A DNA stretch of 58,524 nt from Fidelibacterota bacterium (GTDB lineage Bacteria; Fidelibacterota; Marinisomatia; Marinisomatales; JAHJCW01), in NCBI GenBank assembly GCA_042577295.1, contig JBHPEE010000002.1, forward strand, positions 1 through 58,524, written 5' to 3'. Below, one piece after another: positions 45,917 through 56,215 of this stretch. The notes beneath the pieces were generated by a model. That model was not told the origin of the DNA and searched no databases. It saw nothing but the letters and a program-made list of their open reading frames with translations. Each line of letters starts with the position of its first letter. Positions within the stretch are counted from its first letter, which is position 1. The translations under genes were made by a program, and so were the position numbers.

Positions 45917-46324
45917 TTACATTGAGTAGATGATTTCGACCTTAGATTGTAAGGTAATTTTTATCATATTCTCAAAATGGTCGGGAAAATAAATGTCATC
46001 ATAGTTTAAAAATGAAATATAATCACCTTGTACGTTATTAAGTCCTAAATTATTTGGGCCAGATTGCTCACCGAAATTCTCCTCAAAATTATGCTAACTA
46101 ATTTTAGGATTATTAAAATCTTTTATAATTTGACCAGTAGATTCACTGCAGGCGTCGCCAACAACTAATAATTCCCAATTTTTATAAGTTTGCCAAAGAA
46201 CACTTTCAATTGCATACCTGAGCACATCAGGACGGTTATAAGTCGCCATAATAATTGAAACTGATGAAGATTTTGTTGTAAAGCAATTTAAAATGATAAA
46301 ATTTTGTGACAACCAAAATAACAA
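45917..46324 (-). pseudogene. family 2 glycosyltransferase remnant (in-frame TAG, 3' truncated)
   Basis: VSIIMATYNRPDVLRYAIESVLWQTYKNWELLVVGDACSEST, then TAG at 46094-46096. The same frame continues HNFEENFGEQSGPNNLGLNNVQGDYISFLNYDDIYFPDHF (DxD region) and stops at 45917, far short of a full GT2. Confidence 0.6.
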
Positions 46325-46382
46325 TAATCAATCTAATACAGATAATAAGATTTAATTATCATTAAATAACATCGAGTAAATA

Positions 46383-49076
46383 ATGAATAAGACTTATCAA
46401 ATCTGGGTTATCATGATTGCTATATCTTTAACCTTAATAAATGCGACAGATTTTGATCCAACTCTTTTTGATGAACGTGAAATAACAGCAACACGATTGT
46501 CACAACCACTCAATATTGATGGTAACCTTAATGAAGATATTTATTCAACACAACCATCTTCAGATTTTATTCAATATGTACCATACAATGGTAGTCCTGC
46601 TTCCGAAAAAACCGATGTGTGGATTGGATATGATGAATCAGCAGTATATGTCGGTGCCCGTATGTGGGATAGTGAACCCGAACTTATTGTTAGCAGAATA
46701 GGAAGGAGAGATAACAATAATGATAGTGATTTGTTTGAAATTATTATTGACTCTTACAATGATAAAAGAACCGGCTTTTCATTCCAGATAAATCCTGCTG
46801 GTGCAAAAAATGATGAAACTTATTATAATTCTGCCTTTACCGAAAGAAGCTGGGATGGTATTTGGGAAGGAAAGACGAAAATAGATAAAAAAGGTTGGAC
46901 TGCGGAATTACGAATTCCATTTTCACAACTACGTTTCGATGAGAAAGATGAATATACATGGGGTGTTATACCTGTGAGATACATTCAGCGTAAAGCTGAA
47001 TGGGATTATTTCATGTATTTCTCATTAGAAGAAGGTGGCGTAATTAGACATGCCGCAGAACTAAAAGGATTATATGATATCTCTCCACCAGGCAGAACCG
47101 AGATACGACCATATATTACATCTGGTGTCAGCATTTTACCTGGACGGGAAAACAATCCGTTCTATGAAGGTAAAGATAAAAATATTGGATTAGGAGCTGA
47201 CTTTAAATTAGGAGTTGGAAGTAATATAACTATTGATGGTACTATAAATCCAGATTTTGGGCAAGTTGAAGCAGATCCATCGGAAATAAATTTATCTGCC
47301 TATGAAACTTATTATAGTGAGAAGCGTCCATTTTTTATCGAAGGTCAAAATATATTTTTATTTGGAAGTGGCGGACCAACAAACAATATATCCATTGATT
47401 TCAGCGAACCAAGCCTGTTCTATAGTAGACGCATTGGTCGCGAACCTCAGGGTTGGGTTTCTGCAAATCCAGACTCAATAAAATATCCTGGTGTAACAAA
47501 TATTTTAGGAGCTGCAAAAATCAGTGGAAAACTAAAAGGGAATTGGTCGATTGGTGCGCTATCCGCATTAACAAATGAAGAACATGCCAATTACTATGAT
47601 AATGGTATAAAAAGCAAAGAACTTGTAGAACCTGCTACTTTTTACAATGTAATCAGAGCTCAGAAGGAATTTAACGAAGGAAAACAAGGCTTAGGATTTA
47701 TGGGAACGTCTGTAACGCGTTATTTGAATGGAATTTCATTGTTATGCTCAGATAACTGTAATTATAACATGGATAATATACTCTCAAAAAATGCTGCAAC
47801 ATTTGGAATTGATGGTTGGACATTTTTAGGTGCAAATAATGATTGGAGTATTGGAGCTTGGTTTGGTTCAACTCAAGTTTCTGGTACCAAAGAAAAAATT
47901 CTAAGTCTTCAGAGAAGTTCGGGTCATTACTTTCAAAGACCAGATGCCGACCATGTTGAAATTGATGAAAATCTTACTAAACTCAATGGATACGCTGGAA
48001 GGATTAAATTAAACAAAGAAACGGGCAATGTTATTGTAAATGCAGCATTAGGATTAATTTCTCCTGGATTTGAAATCAATGACTTGGGCTATCAAGGCAG
48101 AACCGATATTATAAATAAGCATTTTGGATTGGGTTACAATTGGACCAAACCTACAAAACAATATCGAGAGATGTTTACTGCACTAATTTATGCCAATAAT
48201 CATGATTTTAGTGGAGTAAACATTGGCGATGAAATTGCATGGATCAGTGAAATTCATTTTAATAATTTTTGGAGCGCTCATGGCGATGTCTATTGGAATC
48301 TAGAAAATTTAAGCAATACGGCTTTAAGGGGTGGTCCTAGGGTTATCGAACCGGCTGCAATTCAAATCAATCAATTGGGTTTTCATACTGATAGCAGAAA
48401 GGATATCACAATTGGATCCCATATTGATTATTTATATAGTGATAACGGAAGTCGGAAGAGGAATTTTGATATAACAGTAAATTCTAAAATAAATAATCAA
48501 TTTGACATAAGTATTGGTCCGATGATTCAACGGAATATCAATACAGATCAATATGTTACATCAGTTGTTGATCAAAATAATACGGTAATGTATGGCAAAA
48601 GATATATTGTTGGTAAGCTTGATCAAACTACTTTCATTGCAAATATCCGTGCAAATTTCACTTTTTCACCAAATTTGACCTTACAAGCGTATTTACAACC
48701 GTTCTTATCTACAGGATCTTATTCGCGTTTCAAGGAATTTAAAGAACCTGAATCGTATAAATTTTTAGAATATGGAGAAGATAATTCTAGTATTATGGAA
48801 AATGATAATGGGTATCTTATTGACCCGACCGGCGGAGATTCTAATGATTCATTCACAATCTTTAATCCTGACTTTAATTACAAAGCTTTGATTGGTACAC
48901 TAGTCTTACGCTGGGAATTTTCACCTGGTTCTGCTCTGTTCTTTGTGTGGACACATAACGGGACAAATTTTGAAAATCCCGGTGATTTTGATTTAAGAAG
49001 AGACTTAGGAAATTTATTAAGCGCAAATGCCGATGATATATTTGCGCTTAAACTATCGTACTGGATTGGTAAATAG
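46383..49076 (+). CDS. DUF5916 / CBM9-like domain outer-membrane-associated protein
   Basis: Signal peptide. N-terminal LNIDGNLNEDIY...DVWIGYDESAVYVGARMWD...DLFEIIIDSYNDKRTGFSFQINPAG matches the CBM9-like head of DUF5916 proteins. Long beta-rich C-terminus. Confidence 0.65.
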   Translation: MNKTYQIWVIMIAISLTLINATDFDPTLFDEREITATRLSQPLNIDGNLNEDIYSTQPSSDFIQYVPYNGSPASEKTDVWIGYDESAVYVGARMWDSEPELIVSRIGRRDNNNDSDLFEIIIDSYNDKRTGFSFQINPAGAKNDETYYNSAFTERSWDGIWEGKTKIDKKGWTAELRIPFSQLRFDEKDEYTWGVIPVRYIQRKAEWDYFMYFSLEEGGVIRHAAELKGLYDISPPGRTEIRPYITSGVSILPGRENNPFYEGKDKNIGLGADFKLGVGSNITIDGTINPDFGQVEADPSEINLSAYETYYSEKRPFFIEGQNIFLFGSGGPTNNISIDFSEPSLFYSRRIGREPQGWVSANPDSIKYPGVTNILGAAKISGKLKGNWSIGALSALTNEEHANYYDNGIKSKELVEPATFYNVIRAQKEFNEGKQGLGFMGTSVTRYLNGISLLCSDNCNYNMDNILSKNAATFGIDGWTFLGANNDWSIGAWFGSTQVSGTKEKILSLQRSSGHYFQRPDADHVEIDENLTKLNGYAGRIKLNKETGNVIVNAALGLISPGFEINDLGYQGRTDIINKHFGLGYNWTKPTKQYREMFTALIYANNHDFSGVNIGDEIAWISEIHFNNFWSAHGDVYWNLENLSNTALRGGPRVIEPAAIQINQLGFHTDSRKDITIGSHIDYLYSDNGSRKRNFDITVNSKINNQFDISIGPMIQRNINTDQYVTSVVDQNNTVMYGKRYIVGKLDQTTFIANIRANFTFSPNLTLQAYLQPFLSTGSYSRFKEFKEPESYKFLEYGEDNSSIMENDNGYLIDPTGGDSNDSFTIFNPDFNYKALIGTLVLRWEFSPGSALFFVWTHNGTNFENPGDFDLRRDLGNLLSANADDIFALKLSYWIGK

Positions 49077-49180
49077 GTATTATCAAACAATTGCATCGAA
49101 AAAAGTAATTAAAATGCCTAATAAATTAATCTTACGCATAAATTACATTTCGAAATCTTAGAGAAAATACTACTGAAATT

Positions 49181-50302
49181 TTATTCTGTTTTACGATAAC
49201 GCCAAGTTGCCAGACTGAGTATTGTAAATCCATAGATAAGTAGTGCAAAGAGTTCATTATATATATCTTTGAAACCCGATCCCTTTAGCAGAATTGTACG
49301 TATTAATTTCATGAAGTAGGCAATGGGATTTATTATATTGATGGTCTGAGCCCAGTTTGGCATGGTTTCTACAGAAGTAAAAAGTCCGCTCATCATCATG
49401 AAAACCATTATAAAGAAAAAACTAATAAAGATTGATTGTTGGAGAGTGCGTGCAAGCGTAGAGATCAACAATCCAATACCAAGGATTGTAATTAGATATA
49501 CAGTTGCCGTTGTGAATAATACAAAAAGACTACCTGTAATTGGAATGTTGTATAGGAGTTTCCCGACAGTTAGTCCAAAGGCAAGTTCTACTAAACCAAT
49601 TATCAAAAATGGCATAAGTTTTCCAAAAATGAATTGGTATTTACGGATAGGTGTAACATTGATTTGTTCAATGGTACCGAGTGCCTTTTCTTGAACTATA
49701 TTTAAACCCGATAAAAACATTCCTATCACAGTTACGAGAATTGCCAATACTGCCGGTACCATAAAAACTTTATAGTTCAGTTCAGGATTGTACCAGAAAG
49801 AAGGTTTAGTAGTTATACTTTGTTGGGTGAAAGCATTTTTGGGAATATGATACCACTTAGCAACAATATCTCGATTTAAACCACCAATAATTGATACTGC
49901 ATAACTGTAACCTATCCCCGCGACTGTTCCATTAATTGCATTAATAAGAAGCTGCACTTCCGCATAATTATTTTTAACAAGATCGCTTTCAAAATTACCT
50001 GGAATATTTAGGATTATATCTACCTTCCCTCTTTCCATGGTTTCCTCAGCTTCAGATAATGAAGTAGACCAATCGGATAGTTGGAAAAAAGGTGAAGCGG
50101 AAAACCGATCTACCAATTGGCGGGATGTTATCGACAAATCCTGATCTACAACGATAACATTCAGATTTTTCATCTCCATTGTCGCAGCATTAACCAGAAT
50201 AATTAACTGCACAAGCGGCATTACAAAAATTATTGGTAGCATCAATCGGTTTCGAAATATTTGTAAGAATTCTTTCTGTAAAATGAATAATATTGTACGC
50301 AT
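49181..50302 (-). CDS. ABC-2 type transporter permease (YbhR/YbhS-like)
   Basis: N-terminal TM, large periplasmic loop, then 5 C-terminal TM. Contiguous with its paralogue. Confidence 0.85.
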   Translation of the reverse strand: MRTILFILQKEFLQIFRNRLMLPIIFVMPLVQLIILVNAATMEMKNLNVIVVDQDLSITSRQLVDRFSASPFFQLSDWSTSLSEAEETMERGKVDIILNIPGNFESDLVKNNYAEVQLLINAINGTVAGIGYSYAVSIIGGLNRDIVAKWYHIPKNAFTQQSITTKPSFWYNPELNYKVFMVPAVLAILVTVIGMFLSGLNIVQEKALGTIEQINVTPIRKYQFIFGKLMPFLIIGLVELAFGLTVGKLLYNIPITGSLFVLFTTATVYLITILGIGLLISTLARTLQQSIFISFFFIMVFMMMSGLFTSVETMPNWAQTINIINPIAYFMKLIRTILLKGSGFKDIYNELFALLIYGFTILSLATWRYRKTE

Positions 50303-51409
50303 TTAGTCTAACCGTATCTTGAATTTTTTCAAACTAATAGATAAAAACAGGATAGTCATACTAATCAAGATCAATGTCTCCTTCCAAATATTGCCAATCC
50401 CCATTCCTTTGAGCATAATACTCTTAATAATTATTATAAACCATTTTGCTGGCATAATCTGAGAAATCCACTGCAATATCCGTGGCATATTTTCAATTGG
50501 GAATATGAATCCTGAGAGCAATATCACCGGTAGCATCAAGGCAAATGCTGACATCATCATGGCAACCTGCTGGTTGTCTGTTATACTAGAAATGAGAATT
50601 CCGAGAGATAATGCTAAAATAATATAGAGCATGCATTCAATTAATAGCAGAATCACGCTCCCTTGTATGGGAATTCCAAAAACAAAATTTCCAAGTACTA
50701 AAATAGTTACGGCATTGATAAAGGCAAGAACAATATATGCTACTACTTTTCCAACGATGATCTGAATCGGTTTTAATGGTGATACCAATAATATTTCCAT
50801 TGTCCCCAATTCTTTTTCCCGTGTAATAGAGATAGAAGTCATCATCGCAGATATGAGCATTAAAATTAGTGCCATAATTCCTGGAACGAACATGAACGAA
50901 CCTTTCAATTGCTCATTGTAAATCATGCGTACTTCTGGAACGATCTGAATTGGTTTGGAAATCAGAATATTTTTTTGATTTATATAGTCCTGGATTATAC
51001 CATTTGTATAAGTAGTTATAAGATTCGCCAGATTTGCGTCAGAAGCATCGGTTATAATCTGAATACTAGCTTTTCCAGTCCGTACAAGATTCCGCTCGAA
51101 CTTTGGTTCAAAAACAATTACTTCTTTGATTTTACCGCGCTGAAAGACTTCCTCTATGTCATCTTGATTGCTCAGGTTGTCTTCCAACAAAAAATATCCC
51201 GAAGAAAGAATCTTATCTGTAATCTGTTGGGTAGCAATATCATTTGATTGATCTAATATCGCAATTCCGACATCACGGATCTCATTACTGATTACGAACC
51301 CAAAGATCAACATCTGAGCTATGGGCATTCCAAACAGAATTAACAAAGTTTGTTTATCACGGAAAATATGAAAAAATTCTTTACGAACAAAACCCCAGAA
51401 ACGTTTCAT
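50303..51409 (-). CDS. ABC-2 type transporter permease (YbhR/YbhS-like)
   Basis: Same architecture as 49181..50302. Its stop is adjacent to the start of the next gene. Confidence 0.85.
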   Translation of the reverse strand: MKRFWGFVRKEFFHIFRDKQTLLILFGMPIAQMLIFGFVISNEIRDVGIAILDQSNDIATQQITDKILSSGYFLLEDNLSNQDDIEEVFQRGKIKEVIVFEPKFERNLVRTGKASIQIITDASDANLANLITTYTNGIIQDYINQKNILISKPIQIVPEVRMIYNEQLKGSFMFVPGIMALILMLISAMMTSISITREKELGTMEILLVSPLKPIQIIVGKVVAYIVLAFINAVTILVLGNFVFGIPIQGSVILLLIECMLYIILALSLGILISSITDNQQVAMMMSAFALMLPVILLSGFIFPIENMPRILQWISQIMPAKWFIIIIKSIMLKGMGIGNIWKETLILISMTILFLSISLKKFKIRLD

Positions 51410-52167
51410 TATTTACGCTCCTTTGATCTTAATCTTGGATCTCTAGCAATTTTTATGAATACATTATTAATATCTGTGGTTTTGTAATTTTTAATTAATT
51501 GAGAAGGTGTGTCAAGTGCTTCGATTCGACCATCCACCATAATTGAAACCCTATCGCAGTACTCTGCCTCATCCATATAATGAGTAGTTACAAAAACAGT
51601 TATTCCATTGTGAGCTGCTTCATATATCATTTCCCAAAACTGTCGACGTGTTATTGGATCAACACCACTGGTGGGTTCATCTAAGAACACGATCTTTGGA
51701 TTATGAAAAATTGCAACTGAGAAAGCCAACTTCTGTTTCCACCCTAAAGGCAGACTTTTAATTAGTTTATTACGATATTCGGTTAACCCAAGTTTATCAA
51801 TTAGTTCCTCAGCAAGTATTTTAATTTCACCGAATTTCATTCCATAAATGCCACCATAAAATCGAATATTTTCATAAACGGTCAGATCTTCATATAGTGA
51901 GAATTTCTGGCTCATATAGCCAATATTACGTTTAATTGAATCCACCTGATTATACACATCAAAACCGGCGACTTTGATCTCACCGGAAGTCGGTTTGGAC
52001 AGACCGCAAAGAATACGAATAGCGGTGGTTTTACCAGCTCCATTAGCTCCTAGAAAACCAAATATCTCACCGGGATTTACATTAAATGATAGGTTGTCAT
52101 TAGCAATAAAATCATCAAATTTTTTAACTAGGTTGCGAACGTGAATAATTGGTTCTCGATTTACCAT
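51409..52167 (-). CDS. ABC transporter ATP-binding protein
   Basis: Walker A GANGAGKTT, signature-like LPLGWKQKL, Walker B IVFLDEPTSG. Confidence 0.9.
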   Translation of the reverse strand: MVNREPIIHVRNLVKKFDDFIANDNLSFNVNPGEIFGFLGANGAGKTTAIRILCGLSKPTSGEIKVAGFDVYNQVDSIKRNIGYMSQKFSLYEDLTVYENIRFYGGIYGMKFGEIKILAEELIDKLGLTEYRNKLIKSLPLGWKQKLAFSVAIFHNPKIVFLDEPTSGVDPITRRQFWEMIYEAAHNGITVFVTTHYMDEAEYCDRVSIMVDGRIEALDTPSQLIKNYKTTDINNVFIKIARDPRLRSKERK

Positions 52168-52169
52168 GC

Positions 52170-53105
52170 TTATGATTCTTGTCTCTTGTTAATCGATTCT
52201 TTCGCCATTAATTCCATGAAGCAATCTTCTACACTAGGTTTAATCTTTTGTACATCAATATTTTGATGACCACGCTGTGCTAGAAACGCAGAAAGTTTGT
52301 TGATTTTGAATGAATCATCAATTGGTGTGAAATGCACGTTCTGTCCAAAAGTAAATGCGGTATTAGTATCAGGAAACTGCTTTAAATCTTGAATTAATTG
52401 GTAGGTAGTATTGGTTTTAACCGCATATAGATTTTTACGGTAATCTTCGATAATCTGATCTGGTCGAGCAATCTTCATAATTTGACCGTGCTGTATAAGC
52501 GCTACTCGATCGCAGAGTTCCGCTTCGTCCATATATGGTGTTGATACTATAATAGTAATACCATCGGCTTTAAGTTTTCTTAGCATATCCCAAAATTCAG
52601 TGCGCGAAACTGCATCAACACCAGTTGTTGGTTCGTCGAGCACCAGTACAACTGGTTTGTGGATCAAAGCACAGGATAAGGCAAGTTTTTGCTTCATACC
52701 ACCACTCAATTTACCTGCTAATCGTTTTTTGAATGGTTCGATCTGAACGTAGATGTCGCGTATTAGTTCATAATTTTCTTCGATAGTTGTTCCAAAGATT
52801 GATGCAAAAAACTGTAAATTCTCTTCGACAGTTAGATCTTGGTATAGTGAAAAACGTCCAGGCATATAACCTAGTATTGAACGCAGTTCCCTAAAGTCTT
52901 TCACAACATCAAGACCCTCAACCGTTGCTTGGCCTTCGTCCATCAATATTAATGTGGTTAGAATGCGAAAAAGCGTCGTTTTTCCTGCACCGTCCGGACC
53001 GATAAACCCAAAAAGTTCCCCTTTGTCAATTTCAAAGGAGATGTTATCCAGTGCTTGGACATCACCATAGTTTTTATACAGATGTTCAGTCCTAATCGAA
53101 ATCAT
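52170..53105 (-). CDS. ABC transporter ATP-binding protein
   Basis: Walker A GPDGAGKTT, signature LSGGMKQKL, Walker B VLVLDEPTTG. Confidence 0.9.
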   Translation of the reverse strand: MISIRTEHLYKNYGDVQALDNISFEIDKGELFGFIGPDGAGKTTLFRILTTLILMDEGQATVEGLDVVKDFRELRSILGYMPGRFSLYQDLTVEENLQFFASIFGTTIEENYELIRDIYVQIEPFKKRLAGKLSGGMKQKLALSCALIHKPVVLVLDEPTTGVDAVSRTEFWDMLRKLKADGITIIVSTPYMDEAELCDRVALIQHGQIMKIARPDQIIEDYRKNLYAVKTNTTYQLIQDLKQFPDTNTAFTFGQNVHFTPIDDSFKINKLSAFLAQRGHQNIDVQKIKPSVEDCFMELMAKESINKRQES

Positions 53106-53118
53106 AAATGCAGGCTGT

Positions 53119-54045
53119 TTATTTTATTCTCAAAAGGAAATTGACTTCACCGGGCATACCAATTTTTAAAGATCCATCATTCCGAACTTTTACTTTTACT
53201 GCATAAACCAAATTAACACGCTCGGTCTTAGTCTGGATTGTCTTAGGAGTAAATTCAGCGCTAGATGCTATCCAGCTGATAATCCCTTCAAGTGAACGAT
53301 TGTTTTTCTTGTCCTTGTCAATAAGTACTTCAACCGTATCACCTAAATGAATATCAGGAATTTGGTCACCACTGATATATATACGAAGGTCCATTTCCGA
53401 TAAATCAGCTATATTATAAAGGGTTTTTCCGCTACCGGTAAGTTCGCCTGTTTCGGCATATTTATTTAGTACGGTTCCAGTGATGGGATTAACTATCTTG
53501 CATTTTCTGATATTCTCATCAATCTGATCAAGTTGTCGATCGTATACAACCAATTCCTTTTTTACAGAATTCTCCTGAGTCTTTGTGGCCAAAATCTGTT
53601 TGTATAAGAGATTCAGATTGGCATTAATATCATCCATCTGTTTGGTCGTCGCTGCTCCATCCTGTAGTAGTTTTTCTACACGAGCTTTATCGACTAATAT
53701 GTTATTCTGCTGTTGAATCTGAACAGCAACTTGAGCTTGAATATTTACTATTTTGCTTTCTGCTGCCTCACGTTGGGATTTCAAAAATGCCTTACGTAAA
53801 TAAAGATCTGTGGAATCTATATGCCCAATGACAGCACCTGCCTCAATGAATTGTCCAGCGTCTATATCCAGACTTAAAATCTTGCCATTAGCTTCAGAAG
53901 ATATTGTTACTTCAATTACTTCAAAATTGCCATAAGCATCAGATTTTTGATGGTTCCCGGAGCACCCAATAAACAGAGTTGTTGCAATTAACAGGGGGAT
54001 AATTTTTATAGAAATTGACTTTATTTGAATTGTATTATTGCTCAT
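53119..54045 (-). CDS. HlyD-family membrane fusion protein (YbhG-like)
   Basis: IGC lipobox/anchor, central coiled coil, barrel-sandwich ends (GMPGEVNF). Confidence 0.85.
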   Translation of the reverse strand: MSNNTIQIKSISIKIIPLLIATTLFIGCSGNHQKSDAYGNFEVIEVTISSEANGKILSLDIDAGQFIEAGAVIGHIDSTDLYLRKAFLKSQREAAESKIVNIQAQVAVQIQQQNNILVDKARVEKLLQDGAATTKQMDDINANLNLLYKQILATKTQENSVKKELVVYDRQLDQIDENIRKCKIVNPITGTVLNKYAETGELTGSGKTLYNIADLSEMDLRIYISGDQIPDIHLGDTVEVLIDKDKKNNRSLEGIISWIASSAEFTPKTIQTKTERVNLVYAVKVKVRNDGSLKIGMPGEVNFLLRIK

Positions 54046-54048
54046 GTT

Positions 54049-55320
54049 TTACTCCTTAATACCATAATCATATTGATAATTGACTTTAGCTTTAGCTAAT
54101 TGAATAATGTGTAATTGTTTATTAAGACTAGCTTGAGTTTCAGCATTTAACTCAACTAGATAGTCTGTTGCAGTAATAATACCGTTATCAAGTTGAGCAC
54201 TACTAATATTCGTTATATTTTTCCGTAAAGCGATGATCTCATCATCCTTAAGGATCATTAATTTATATTTATTAATCTCGGTAATATCCTTTTTAAGAAG
54301 GATACGTATATTTTGCTCAAGAGTTGATTTTTGCGTTTGAACTATATTCTTTTGTAAATCTATCCATTGGCGATCATTACGTGTCCGACGCCAATTCCAA
54401 GGCGTCCAATTGATTTTCAGCCCAACGATGTAAAAATCATTTAATTCATTTGAAAACATATTTAGTCCGGGTTTTCCATAACCAAATTGACCAAAAACTA
54501 CTAAATGTGGTAACACCTTAGCAGTAAACAGAGATCGTGAGGCATCTAATTTTTCCATTTGTAAATTAAGTAGCTTTAGTTCTGGACGGAGAAGTGAAGG
54601 TTCATCCGATACAGTATTAAAAACAGGTACGGTCAACACAGTTTCATGAGTAATTGGTTGATCAATATATTCTGAAAGCATCTCTAAAGCGGCTTGTTTG
54701 CTAAGAACAATTTCGAGCAATTGTTGTTCAATTTTTATCATTTCGGCTTGCATTACATCTGCATTGCTTTGTAAAACCAATCCATTGCGTGCACTAGATT
54801 CAACGATCTTGAGGCGAGATTTAATTTCATCCTTCAGATTGTTTAAAAGATTTTCATTCTCTTGCAGTAAAAGTGCGTTGAAATAAATTTGATTGATTTG
54901 CTCCCGAAGCTTGTATAGTTCAACTTCGACATTCTGCTTATCAACGCTTAAAGATGTATTCTCTAAAAGTTTTTGACGTCGAGTTAATCCACCATCATAT
55001 AAAGTGTTGGAAATATCAAGCGTAACCTTGTAGATAGCTTTATCTACTTCGGCAATTGTTACGCCGGGGACATGAAGTGGCAAGGTAGCAACATCCGACT
55101 GATATGTGGATTGCCCATTGATTGTCAATTGTGGAAACCAATTTTTGGTTAAGTTATTGATCTTTAATTCTGCTGCGGACTTTAATAGTTTAAATTGCTG
55201 ATGTAGCGGGAAATTTTCGCGAGCTCTATTCTGACAGTATTCCAGTGTTAAAGTATCGGGTGCCTGTGCCATGAGCAGTCCTCCAACAGCGATTATCAAT
55301 ATAATTATTTGTTTTTTCAT
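54049..55320 (-). CDS. TolC-family outer membrane efflux protein
   Basis: Signal peptide. Two repeated coiled-coil/beta halves; typical LTLEYCQNRARENFP start. Confidence 0.85.
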   Translation of the reverse strand: MKKQIIILIIAVGGLLMAQAPDTLTLEYCQNRARENFPLHQQFKLLKSAAELKINNLTKNWFPQLTINGQSTYQSDVATLPLHVPGVTIAEVDKAIYKVTLDISNTLYDGGLTRRQKLLENTSLSVDKQNVEVELYKLREQINQIYFNALLLQENENLLNNLKDEIKSRLKIVESSARNGLVLQSNADVMQAEMIKIEQQLLEIVLSKQAALEMLSEYIDQPITHETVLTVPVFNTVSDEPSLLRPELKLLNLQMEKLDASRSLFTAKVLPHLVVFGQFGYGKPGLNMFSNELNDFYIVGLKINWTPWNWRRTRNDRQWIDLQKNIVQTQKSTLEQNIRILLKKDITEINKYKLMILKDDEIIALRKNITNISSAQLDNGIITATDYLVELNAETQASLNKQLHIIQLAKAKVNYQYDYGIKE

Positions 55321-55931
55321 GATTTTTCCAGTGCCTTAAGGATAAAACGGGTTACTTCCTGTTTACGGTTTTTAAGAAATTGCTGATATTTTTCGGAATC
55401 TTTTTCAAATAATACTGTTTGCAAGATAGGACGAGCAACGAAGGGAAATACACAAAGAGCGATTATATTAACTAATAGTTGCTGTGGTTCAATTTCAGCA
55501 TAATTCTCATTGTGCATCTGCTCAGCTAATTGATTCTTTATACCTTCTGGGTCGATCCCACTCATCAATAGAGTGCCGCCAATCCGATCCGGATTACGGT
55601 ACAACTCGTGCAGTATAAATAACGGGATGTGCGGATTTTTTATAAGCAGTTCGATATAACTACCAATAAAGCCCTCTATCTTTTGGGCTAGTGTGGCGGA
55701 AGATCCAATAATTTCGAAAATATGTGGCACAATCTTACTAAATGATTCCTTGAAAATTGCTTCAAAAAGCTTCTCCTTGCTGCGATAGTAATAGTGTAAA
55801 AGTGCCTTATTTATTCCGGCTTTATCGGCAATCTCTTGCATTCGTGCACCATCGAAGCCTTTCTCCACGAAAACCACACGCGCAGTTTCCAGAATTAGGG
55901 ATTCAGTGTTTTTATCTTGTGTAATCATCAT
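55317..55931 (-). CDS. TetR/AcrR-family transcriptional regulator
   Basis: HTH block FDGARMQEIADKAGINKALLHYYYRSKEKLF. First gene of the efflux operon, with a 4-nt overlap with tolC. Confidence 0.9.
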   Translation of the reverse strand: MMITQDKNTESLILETARVVFVEKGFDGARMQEIADKAGINKALLHYYYRSKEKLFEAIFKESFSKIVPHIFEIIGSSATLAQKIEGFIGSYIELLIKNPHIPLFILHELYRNPDRIGGTLLMSGIDPEGIKNQLAEQMHNENYAEIEPQQLLVNIIALCVFPFVARPILQTVLFEKDSEKYQQFLKNRKQEVTRFILKALEKS

Positions 55932-55940
55932 TCAAATCTC

Positions 55941-55977
55941 TTATTTGTCAAATAAATTAACTACATGGTTTAACCAT
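55941..55977. promoter_or_regulatory. two perfect palindromes upstream of the TetR gene (candidate operator)
   Basis: TTATTTG-t-CAAATAA (55941-55955) and ATGGTT-t-AACCAT (55965-55977) lie 10-46 nt upstream of the tetR start on the minus strand. Confidence 0.35.
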
Positions 55978-56129
55978 ATGGATAAACTAAAAAAGTAAAG
56001 ACAATAAATGCAAGAAAAATTATTTTATTTGGTAAAAAATAACTTATTGAGACCTAGTGCAGAACCAGCTAGGTATTTCAGTATGTTGACGAGAATTTTG
56101 ATGGGCAATGGCAGACGCGAACGGCCGAC

Positions 56130-56215
56130 CTCTGCCGTTTGAAAACAGTGTTCTACGAGGAGCGATTTAAAAAGTGTGCTATAACTGTACTACACTATTG
56201 TCCATTACTGATCAC
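56130..56215 (-). repeat. IGR-B copy 7 (inverted, long form)
   Basis: The reverse complement reads gtgatcagtaatggacaatagtgtagtac...atagcacactttttaaatcgctcctcgtagaacactg...acggcagag. The first box overlaps the stop codon of 56205..57143. Confidence 0.7.
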
